A stretch of DNA of 64,000 nt from an uncultured bacterium (GTDB taxonomy: Bacteria > Planctomycetota > UBA1135 > GCA-002686595). The notes under the pieces were generated by a model. It was not told the DNA's origin and made no database searches. It saw only the letters and a list, made by a program, of their open reading frames with translations. Every line of letters starts with the position of its first letter. The first letter of the stretch is position 1. Position numbers and translations under genes: made by a program. This document shows, in pieces, positions 16,600-25,709 of this stretch. The stretch covers positions 256,001-320,000 of the forward strand of contig CALSNU010000003.1 of assembly GCA_943787795.1 (NCBI GenBank). Direction: 5' to 3'.

Positions 16600-17939
16600 T
16601 GAAGGTACTGGTTCTTGGCTGGGAGTATCCCCCGGCCGTGGCGGGCGGACTGGGGGCGGCGTGCCACGGGCTCACCACCGCCCTCGCCGATCGCGGTCAC
16701 GAGGTGATCCTGTGCACGCCCGCGGACGGCGCTCCGGCAGACCCGGCGCCGTACCCCGGGATCGAGCGCGTGTCCCTCGGCGGTGACGCCTCGTTCTCCC
16801 CGTTTCACCCCGGGGCCGTGCTGGACCCTTATGCCGTGGATACGGCTCCCGGCTCGGCCAGCGCATCGGGGTCGCTCGTGCCACCCGTATCCTCTGGGGC
16901 GGCTGTCGCGGGGGCCGCGTCGGTGGAGGCTGGCTCAACGGGGCTCGGTTCATCCCGCCCTGACTCCCACGCGCAGAGCGCCCGCAAGCTGTACGGCGAG
17001 GACCTCTCGACGGCGATCCAGCGCTACTCCCGTGAGGCGGTGACCCGCCTCAAGGGTCGAGACTTCGACGTGGTCCATGCCCACGACTGGATGACGTTCC
17101 CCGCGGCGCTCCGCCTGCGCTTCGCGCGCCGACGACCCGTGTGCCTCCACGTGCACTCCACGGCGATCGACCGGGGCGGGGTATCCGCGCCGGGGCCGGT
17201 GGGGTCCATCAGCGCGGTGGAGCGCGCCGGGCTCCGCACGGCGGATCGGGTCTGCGCGGTCAGCGGCTTCACCAGGGATCTCCTTGTGCGTGAATATCGC
17301 CTCGACCCCGAGCGGGTCAGCGTCGTGCATAACGCGGCGCCTTCCGGCGTGGATTCGTCTCCCGAGAGGGTGGTCGGGCCGGAGGGCCCCACGGTCCTCT
17401 TCGTCGGGCGCTTGACCCGCCAGAAGGGCGTCGGCTTCCTGGTCCGAGCGGCGGCCCGGGTCCTGGAGTCCTGCCCGGCGGCGCGCTTTGTGTTCATGGG
17501 GGAGGGGGAGGATCGGACGCGGATGATCGAGATGGCTGCGGCCCTCGGGATCGGCCGGAGGGTCTTCTTTGCCGGTGGCGTGACCTCGGAGCTGCGCGAC
17601 CGCGCCTACGCCGAGGCCAGCGTCTTCGTGCTCTCCTCGGTCTCGGAGCCCTTCGGCCTGACGCCGCTTGAGGCCCTGCGCGGTGGCGCCGCTCCCGTCC
17701 TCACCGACGCCTGTGGCGTCCGCGAGGTCTTGCCCTCCGCCCCCGTGTGTCCCCCCTGGGATGCTGCCGGCCTGTCGGCCCAGATCGTCACCTTGCTCAC
17801 CGACGAGGCCCGACGCCTCGCGGTCGTTGAACAGGGCCGAGCAGAGCTCGAGCGCCTGACCTGGGCCGAGAGTGCCCGCCACCTAGAGGCTGCCCTGGAG
17901 AAGGCGCGGTCCACCTCCGGGAGGAGGACCACCGGATGA
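16599..17939 (+). CDS. GT4 glycosyltransferase (putative alpha-glucan/glycogen synthase type)
   Basis: MKVLVLGWEYPPAVAGGLGAAC, HAHDWMT, HVHST, FVGRLTRQKG and SEPFGLTPLEA. TGATG overlap with the upstream gene. Confidence 0.9.
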   Translation: MKVLVLGWEYPPAVAGGLGAACHGLTTALADRGHEVILCTPADGAPADPAPYPGIERVSLGGDASFSPFHPGAVLDPYAVDTAPGSASASGSLVPPVSSGAAVAGAASVEAGSTGLGSSRPDSHAQSARKLYGEDLSTAIQRYSREAVTRLKGRDFDVVHAHDWMTFPAALRLRFARRRPVCLHVHSTAIDRGGVSAPGPVGSISAVERAGLRTADRVCAVSGFTRDLLVREYRLDPERVSVVHNAAPSGVDSSPERVVGPEGPTVLFVGRLTRQKGVGFLVRAAARVLESCPAARFVFMGEGEDRTRMIEMAAALGIGRRVFFAGGVTSELRDRAYAEASVFVLSSVSEPFGLTPLEALRGGAAPVLTDACGVREVLPSAPVCPPWDAAGLSAQIVTLLTDEARRLAVVEQGRAELERLTWAESARHLEAALEKARSTSGRRTTG

Positions 17940-19120
17940 CCTCGATCGTCTACTACTTCCAGGTCCATCAGCCCTACCGGGTGAAGCCCTTTCCCTACGA
18001 CGCGATCGGCGCCCGGTCCGACTACTGGGATGACTGGCTCAACGAGGACGTGGCCAAGCGCGTGGCAGAGAAGTGCTACCTGCCCATGAACCGCCAGCTC
18101 CTGCGGGCGGTGGAGCGCTCGGATGGCGCCTTTCGGTGCAGCTTCTCGGTCTCGGGTACCGCCATTCGTCAGCTCGCCGCCTGGGCGCCTGAGGCCCTCG
18201 AGAGCTTTCGCGACCTCGCGGAGAGCGGTTCGGTGGAGTTCATGTGCGAGACCTCCCGGCACAGCCTCGCTGCGCTCGTGGACCCAGAGGAGTTCAAGGC
18301 TCAGGTCGCAGAGCAGCGCGCGCTGCTGAAGGAGCACCTCGGCGTCGAGCCCACGGCCTTCCGCAACACCGAGCTGATCACGGACGCGAGCGTCGCTCAG
18401 CAGGTGAAGGACCTGGGCTTCGAGGTGCTGCTCGCCGAGGGTGCCGATCAGCTCCTCCACGGCCGGACGGCCCAGGCCCTGTACGGCATGGCGGGGGCAG
18501 GCGGCTTCCCCCTGATCCTCCGGGACTTCCAGCTCTCCGACGACATCGGGTTCCGCTTCAGCAACCAGGGCTGGGAGGGGTATCCCCTGCTCGCGCCCAC
18601 CTTCAACGGGTGGCTCGAGTCCCTCCCTGACGAGCGTCCGTTCGTCGGGCTCTTCATGGACTACGAGACCTTCGGCGAGCACCAGTCGCGGGATACCGGG
18701 ATCTTCGACTTCATGGACACCATGGTCGACCTCGCCGTGGCCTCGGACAAGCTGGACTTCGCGACCCCGACGGAGATCGCCCGGCGAGATCCAATCGTGG
18801 AGGACCTGGACTATCCACGCCCGATCTCCTGGGCGGACGAGGAGCGGGACGTCTCGGCCTGGCTTGGCAATCACATGCAGCGCGCGGCGCACGAGGCCAT
18901 CTACAAGCTCGGCCCCGCGGCGCGAGCCTCGGGGGATGCGGACCTGCTGAACACGTGGCGGGACTTCACCACCTCGGATCACGTGTACTACATGTCGACG
19001 AAGTGTGAGACTGACGGCGACGTGCACGAGTACTTCAGCCCCTACGACAGCCCGCACGATGCTTACCTCAACGTGATGAACGCGCTCGAGGACCTGCGGC
19101 GGCGGCTCGGCGCGGACTGA
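17936..19120 (+). CDS. GH57 family alpha-amylase / glycoside hydrolase
   Basis: FQVHQPYR, FRNTELI, LSDDIGFRFS, FMDYETFGEHQ, SWADEERD and SDHVYYMSTK. Confidence 0.92.
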   Translation: MTSIVYYFQVHQPYRVKPFPYDAIGARSDYWDDWLNEDVAKRVAEKCYLPMNRQLLRAVERSDGAFRCSFSVSGTAIRQLAAWAPEALESFRDLAESGSVEFMCETSRHSLAALVDPEEFKAQVAEQRALLKEHLGVEPTAFRNTELITDASVAQQVKDLGFEVLLAEGADQLLHGRTAQALYGMAGAGGFPLILRDFQLSDDIGFRFSNQGWEGYPLLAPTFNGWLESLPDERPFVGLFMDYETFGEHQSRDTGIFDFMDTMVDLAVASDKLDFATPTEIARRDPIVEDLDYPRPISWADEERDVSAWLGNHMQRAAHEAIYKLGPAARASGDADLLNTWRDFTTSDHVYYMSTKCETDGDVHEYFSPYDSPHDAYLNVMNALEDLRRRLGAD

Positions 19121-19299
19121 TCCGCGAGGCCCTCGAGCTCCGGCGGGCTTCAGGGCCCGTGCCGATGCATCGCAGGCGGCCCGGCCCCAGGGGCTCCGGC
19201 CATAGGCTCCTCGACCCCAGGCCCCTCTGGTTCTTTGGGGCCCCCGGGATCCCGGTGCCGCCAGGGTCCATCGTCAGCGTGGTGTCCTAGAATCCCGGC

Positions 19300-22200
19300 A
19301 TGCTGTCGGCGCTCCTTCTCTCTCTCGCGGGTCTTTGCTCCCAGGAGCCGAGCCTGCCGGGGCCTGACCCACTGGACGGGGCGGAGGCGATCTCCAACTC
19401 GGTGACCCGGCTGGCCCGAGAGCTCGATAGGGCTTACCTGGCCACCGGAGATCCCCTCGGGGGCGACGTCGGTGAGGCGTGGATCGACGCGGACGCGCGG
19501 GCCGTGGTTGTGGGGGACTCCGCCAAGGGAAGCTCCGCCAAGGGGGACCCGACCGAGGAAGACGGGCGCGCCAAGTCGACCTGGTCCACCGCCACTGCGC
19601 CGCGTCCGATCTCGGTCGCGCGGGCCCTCGACGTCGCCCTCGTGCTCGACGCGTCCACGGGCCCGGAGGACGCGGCCGAGGATGTCCGCGCCGCCTTCAG
19701 CGCGGTGACCGAGGCCCTCGGGGGCCGGCCGACGCGCGCGGCGGAGGTCAGCTCGAAGGCCGTGCTCCCGACGGGGGACGGTGGATGGGACGTTCGACTG
19801 CGCGTCCGGCACCTGCGCCAGGCCCCAGGCGGTGGGGCGGCCTCGGTGCGGTCCATCTGGAACCTGCGGGTGACCGAGGCGCCGGAAGGTCCCCTGCGCA
19901 TTCTCGGTTGGGCGGCGGCGATCACCGAGCGGGTGGCGCTGGCGGGTGAGCCCGCATCCGAACCCGCGTTCGAGGACGTGACCGGAACGCTGCTCGGCGC
20001 CACGCCGGCCACCGCCGGGCTGGCCGAGTCGATCATGGACCTGCGGGACCGCCTGGACGTGGACGTCGGGGTCGGACTCCTCGGGCACCACGGGGTGGCG
20101 GTGGCTGACGTCAACGGCGACGGGCTCGAGGACCTCTACCTCTGTCAGCCCGGCGGCGTCCCCAACCAACTGTGGCTCCGGCTCCCTGACGGAGGGTTCA
20201 TGGAGGCGGCGCGGGGTGGGGGCCTCGATCTGGTGGACGCCACGACCAGCGTGCTGTTCGTCGACCTCGACCGTGACGCCGACCTCGACGTGGTGCTCGG
20301 GTTGGCCTCGGGGGTCGTGGTCCTGGCCAGGACGGACCAGGGGTACGTGGAGGCCGAACGCTTCGAGCGCACCGGGGTCACGAGCCTCGCGGCCGCGGAC
20401 ATCAACATGGACGGCCTGCTTGATATCTACGCCTGCGCCTACGCGAACCCCTACGACGGCTCCACCTTCCCTCTGCCCTACCACGACGCGGAGAACGGCC
20501 AGGCCAATCTCCTGATCGCAAACGTGACCGAGGAGCCCGACCAGCTGATCCTCGGAGACGCGACGGTGGAGACGGGGCTGGACCGAGACGGCTCACGCTT
20601 CAGCTTCGCGGCGACCTTCGAGGACGTCGACGACGACGGAGACCCCGACCTCTACGTCGCGAACGACTTCGGGCGGAACACGCTCTACGTCAACAACGGC
20701 ACGGGCTACTTCAGGAACATGGCGCCCGAGCTCGGCGTGGAGGACGTGGCCGCGGGGATGGGGGCCGCCTTCGCGGACCTCGACCGGGACGGGCGGGTCG
20801 ACCTGTATGTGAGCAACATGGAGTCCTCGGCCGGGCGGCGGATCACGGCGCAGGGCGCGTTCCAGAGCGACGCCGACGAGGGCACGCTGTCCCTGTACCG
20901 GCGCCACGCGAAGGGCAACACGCTCTTTCTCAGGTCGCCGGAGGGCGGGTTCCTGGAGTCGGGGCTGGCGACGGCCGGTCAATGGGCCTGGGGCGGCATC
21001 CCCGTGGATCTGGACGGGAACGGGTGGCTGGACCTCTTTGTTCCCAACGGGTTCGTCTCCGCTTCCCGGCGAGGCGCCCCGGATCTCTGAAGCTCGTTCT
21101 GGCGGCACGTGGTGTCGCGCTCACCTCTGAATGAGAGCACGGACGGTGCTCCGGTCGGCGAGGCGGATTCCAGCGGCACCGGCACCAGCAGCGACCGCTA
21201 CTTCGAGGGCTGGGCCGACCTGAACGAACGCCTGCGCCGCGGAGAGCCGTGGAGCGGCGGCGAGCGCAACGCCGCGTTCATCAACTCCGGAAGCGCTGAC
21301 GTCGACCGCGCGGACGTCGACTTCGTGGACGCCGGCCCGGTGCTTGGGCTCGACTATCCGGACGACGGCCGCAGCGCGGCGCGCATGGACATCGACTTCG
21401 ACGGGGATGATGACCTCATCGTCTCGAACCGCACGGCGCCGCGCGTTCGGGTCCTCGCCAACCGTTTGGCTGATGGGGCGGAGCACCTCGCGGTTCGCCT
21501 GAGGGGAACCGCGTCCAACCGCGACGCGGTCGGGGGCGTGGTCTTCGCGACGACCACCAGCGTTGACGGCGAGACCGAGACGCAGCGCCGGACCCGATCC
21601 GCGGGTTCGGGCTACCTGGCACAGTCGTCCGCATGGCTCAGGTTTGGCTTCGGGCGCCGCGGCGGCGGCGCCCGACCAGCGCGCGCGCGGAGGGTCAAGC
21701 TGCAGGTGCGTTGGCCGGGCTCGCAGGCGCTGGAGGACTTCGGAGAGGTTCGGACGGGGCGGCGCTATGTGCTGGTGGAGGGCCAAGGGACGGCGAGCGA
21801 GGCCTCGGCGCCCAATCGACTCGTGCTCTCCCCGGGGCCCCTCCTTGCGGCACCGTCGGAGCTCGACGGACGCCGCCGGTTGGTCCTGCCCTCTCCTACC
21901 TCGATCCCCGGCCTGGAGTTGCGCGGGCGTGGGGGCCGCGCAGGGCGGGTCTTCGGGCTCACCCCCGACGGCCCCCTCGGGACCGGTCGGAACACGGTGG
22001 TCGCGGTCTGGGACTCGAGCGATTCAGCGGCGATCCAGGGGCTGGGCGACCTGGCCGCGCTGAGCTCTTCGGCGGCAGGCGCGGACGTCGCGCTGGTGTC
22101 CGTGGACCTCGGGGGACAGCGGGTGGAGGCCAGCTCGGTCGCGGGCGCCCCGGACCCGCTCGACTTCAGCTCCACGCGCCTGGCCGCGGCCGGCTGGGGT

Positions 22201-23004
22201 GGCGGCGTGTTCGCGCCGATCGGCGAGGCCGCGCTCATCGTCCCCGAGCTCGTGAGCTGGCGCCTGGACCGCGCCGATCCGCCGCCGCTGCCCTGGTTCC
22301 TGGTCTTCGAGCCGGACGGCCGTCTCGCCATCGTCCGCACCGGCGCCTGGCGGGCGGGGGACCTGGAGGCGGACCTCAACGTGTTCGCTCAGCCCCTGCT
22401 CCAGCGCCCGGCCTGGTCCACGCCCTTCCCTGGCCGATGGGCGGATCCTCCGGGCGAGGCGGACCTCGGGCGCCTGCGATCGCGATTGATCCGGCGCGGG
22501 GCCTTGGGGGCCGCGCGTGAGCTGGAGCTGGGCCGTATCAAGACCGTCTCCCTGGGCAGCGCGGAGGTGAAGATCCGGCTCGGGCGGGCGGACCTGGAGC
22601 GGGGGGATCTCGAAGGTGCGGTGGCCCGCTTCGACGCTGCCATCGAGCTTGAGCCGAGCAGCGCCCTCGCCCGGCGCGGTCGGGCCTACGCCCTCCATCG
22701 GCTCGCCCGCTATCCCGAGGCGCTCGATGAGTGGACGCGGGCCCTGGCGCTCGAGCCTCGCGACATCGCCACCCTCGGCAACCGTGCCCTCGCGGCTGTG
22801 GCGGCTGGAAACCTCGAGGTCGCGCGGGAGGATCTGAATGAACTCACCCGCCGCGAGGGGGTCGCCGCGCCCGTGGTCCGGGCCGTCTGGCAGGCCGTGG
22901 AAGACGCGTCTCAGCTGCCGAGCAGCGGCCAAGGCGCGGGCAGCGGCGACGGCGAGGACGGCGGCGACGGTCTGGACGCCCCGGGTGAAGGTGGAACCCG
23001 ATGA
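19300..23004 (+). CDS. Secreted FG-GAP/VCBS-repeat + ASPIC/UnbV + degenerate redoxin-like + TPR protein, spanning an in-frame TGA at 21088-21090 (1234 aa if read through)
   Basis: ORFs 19300-21090 and 21109-23004 are in the same frame, separated only by TGA and six sense codons. FG-GAP repeats occur on both sides (DVNGDGLEDLY ... DLDGNGWLDLF before; DIDFDGDDDLI after), then ASPIC-type NRDAVGG, AGSGYLAQSS, VRWPG and C-terminal TPRs. The families are secure; the single-polypeptide reading is inferred. Confidence 0.7.
21088..21123 (+). promoter_or_regulatory. In-frame UGA followed by a bacterial SECIS-like hairpin
   Basis: Stem GCGGCAC (21102-21108) pairs with GTGTCGC (21112-21118). The loop is GTG and the stem starts 11 nt after the UGA. 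Confidence 0.5.
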
Positions 23005-23513
23005 GGGCGCTGTACATCGTGCGCCATGCCGAGGCCGCCATGACGTCGGCCTCCGGGGATCACGGTCGGCCGCTCTCGCCGCGCGGTGAACTCTGCGCCC
23101 AAGCGCTTGGCGCGATGCTCGTACGGCTCGGACAGGAGCCGGGGCAGCTGCTCTGCTCTGACGCGTTGCGGGCCAGGATGACGGCGGAGGGCGCTCGCGC
23201 CGAGGGGCGCTTGGGGGCCGAGATCGAGCTCGTCCCCGACCTCTACCTTGCCTCCGCTCAGACGCTGACGGCCGCCGCGCGCAAGGCGCGGGTCGAGTCC
23301 ACCCGGCTGTTGGTGGTGGCCCATCAGCCTGGACTCTCCGAGTGGATTCATCGCCTGACCGGCGGCCCGCAGCTCGCCTTTGCTCCGGCCTCCGTGGCGC
23401 GGGTGGACGTGGACCTCTCCTCATGGGCGGACCTCTCGCCTGGGACGGGGACCCTCCGCTGGGTGGTGGGGCCCGGCCAGGCGGCCGCCTTTCGTGAGCT
23501 CGCCGAGGGTTGA
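23001..23513 (+). CDS. sixA: Phosphohistidine phosphatase SixA family
   Basis: LYIVRHAEA, D..RPLSPRG, CSDALRARMTA and VAHQPG. ATGA overlap with the upstream gene. Confidence 0.85.
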   Translation: MRALYIVRHAEAAMTSASGDHGRPLSPRGELCAQALGAMLVRLGQEPGQLLCSDALRARMTAEGARAEGRLGAEIELVPDLYLASAQTLTAAARKARVESTRLLVVAHQPGLSEWIHRLTGGPQLAFAPASVARVDVDLSSWADLSPGTGTLRWVVGPGQAAAFRELAEG

Positions 23514-23592
23514 ACCCGAAGGGTGGAATCCGTCGAGCTGGGCCCGCTGAGCGGAACCCGCGGAGCTGATTCCTCTGAGTGTTCCCTGGGCT

Positions 23593-23648
23593 GAATCCTC
23601 TGGGCCGAATCCTCTGGGCCGAATCCTCTAGGCCGAATCCTCTAGGCC
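23593..23648. repeat. Intergenic tandem repeat, 14 bp x4 (gaatcctct[g/a]ggcc), with decayed copies upstream to about 23512
   Basis: Units start at 23593, 23607, 23621 and 23635. Confidence 0.88.
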
Positions 23649-23761
23649 GGCCATGGCCCCCTCCAGGGGGCGGGGCCCAGGGCGAGAGCCGACGTTTTGG
23701 TGGAAGGCGGGGGGCTCGTTTCCGAACAGGTCCTGGGGCGCTTACTCTCCCCGGCGGATCC

Positions 23762-25709
23762 ATGCCTGAAGCTTCACGCCCCCAGCCTCCGATTTCCCTC
23801 ACGCAGCGTCCCCTCACGCAGCGTCCCCTCACGCAGCGCCTCCGTGACCTTCATGGAGCGCTGGGCGAACTCGTGGCGCCCGGTGGCCCGGGGGGAGAGG
23901 CCGTGGCTGCCGTACGCTCGCGCCTGGAGCGAGATCTGCTCCCCAGGACGGCCGGTGGGCATGAGCACCTGGTGGTGGGGATCGTCGGACCCAACAACGC
24001 GGGCAAGTCCTCGCTCTTCAACGCGCTGGTGGCCGGCGAGGGCGCGGCGCCCAGGGTCCTGAGTCCAGCCGAGCCGACGGGCGGGGCGACGCGCCGGCTG
24101 GTGGGGGCGCTCTCGCCAGCGCTGCGCGCGGCCCTCGAGGCCGAGCCCACCATGCGGCGATTCGATCTCCGTCCGGTGACCTGCGGGGCCGGCGGCGTGG
24201 AAGAGGCCAGGGAGTCCGCCGAACCCGGTGCCGAGGCGGCGCTGTTCCTCGTGGAGTCGGACGTGCTCCCGGACGGCCTGCTGCTCGTGGACACCCCCGA
24301 CTTCGACAGCGTGCTCCGGGAGAACCGTGCCGTGACCGACGCCCTGCTCGAGGTGGCAGACGTCGCGGTGGTTGTGGTGACCCGGCACACCTATCAGAAC
24401 CACGACGTCATCGAGTTTCTATCGGGCTGGCTCGAGCACGGCCGGCCCTGGGTGCTCGTCTACAACGAGTCCATCGACGACGCGACCACCGCAGCCCACG
24501 CCCGCAAGGTCGAGGAGGATCTGGCACAGGCGGCCGAGGCGATCTTCGCCGCCGCGTTCGATCCTGGGGTCGCGCGGGGGGAGGCGCCGCTGGAGCCGCG
24601 CGACCTGCGAGACCCGGGCGTCTCCCTCGCGGGCTGGTTGCGCGCGCTGGGGGACCGCGGCGATCTCAAGGCGCGAGCCATGGAGGCGTCACTGGCCGCC
24701 CTCAGGGAGGGCCTCGGGGAGCTGGGCCTCGAGTGTCGCCGGGCCATCGGCGCCGTGGCGCAGGCGAGAGGCTCGCTGCTGGAGTCGGCGACCCCGCTCG
24801 GTCGCGCGGTGGCGAGGGAGGCGATGCCCATGGGCCCGTTCCTGGAGGCCTTCCGTGATGTGCTGGATGAGCGGCCGACGCTCGTCCAACGAGAGCTGCG
24901 TCGAGGGCTACGGTGGACCGGCGATCAGCTCGCTGGCGGGCTGCGCTGGGCCAGGCGGCAGCTGACCGGCGGCGCGCAGGGGCCGTCGGCCGACGACATC
25001 GCCGAGCGGACCCTCCTCGAGGTGGAGCGCGTGGAGCTCGAGCGCCGTTGGGCTGGATTCTTCGAGCCCGCCCAGCGCCGCCTGCGCGAGCTCGCGCGCG
25101 ACGGCGGCCTGCCACCCCCGGGCGGTCGAGGCGCTCGAGGTCGAGCTTGGCGCGGCGCCGGGGCGAGGCTCCGGGGCCGGAGCGGTTTCCCCGGCCCGCG
25201 CCTCATTTGACCGGGCGGCCGCTGCGCTGGCCCTCGACCCTGGCCTGCTCGAGGAGCACCGAGCAGCGTGCCGTGAGATCATTCGAGAGGAGTTGGACCG
25301 TCAGGGCTCCGAGGCCTTCCTGCAGCTCGCGGTCGACGTGGTGCACCTGCTGCCGCTGGGCGTGGCCGGCGCGCTCATCGTGCACACCGGCGGCCTGGGG
25401 AGCGACGTGGCCGTGGCCGGCGGGGGTGCGGCAGCGGCGGCCCTGGCGGAGCGCCTCTCCCGGACCCTGGGCACCGGGGTGGCCTTGGCCGCCCGCTCGC
25501 GTTGGACGGAACTGCGCGCGGCCCGAATCGCCGAGGCGGCGCTGGCTGGCCTCTTGGGGCCAGCGGCGGGCGTCTTCAAGAACGTCGAGGCCGAGGCGGC
25601 CGAGTTGCGCTCCACCTGCGACGAGTGGGCGGCGCCCGCGGCGTGGAGCTGGGACCTGAACGACCCGGCTGCCCAGGCGGCGGCGCGCGGCGAGGAGTCA
25701 CCGATATGA
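23762..25709 (+). CDS. Dynamin-like/TRAFAC GTPase 1 with C-terminal membrane segment; one extra base (frameshift) near 25115-25119
   Basis: G1 GPNNAGKSS and G3 DTPD. Removing one C from the C5 run joins ORF 23579-25210 to ORF 25293-25709 and restores an ATGA overlap with the next gene. Confidence 0.75.

Noticed and set aside
21088..21090. Genome-wide UGA reassignment (genetic code 4 or 25) as the explanation for the in-frame TGA
   Set aside because: TGA is the normal stop for most genes here (for example dnaK and the many ATGA/TGATG overlaps), and Trp is encoded by TGG.
23512..23648. Repeat arrays here and at 7168, 9891 and 54449 as possible CRISPR arrays or iterons
   Set aside because: The units are 12-15 bp and directly abutting with no unique spacers, and there is no cas or rep gene in the window.
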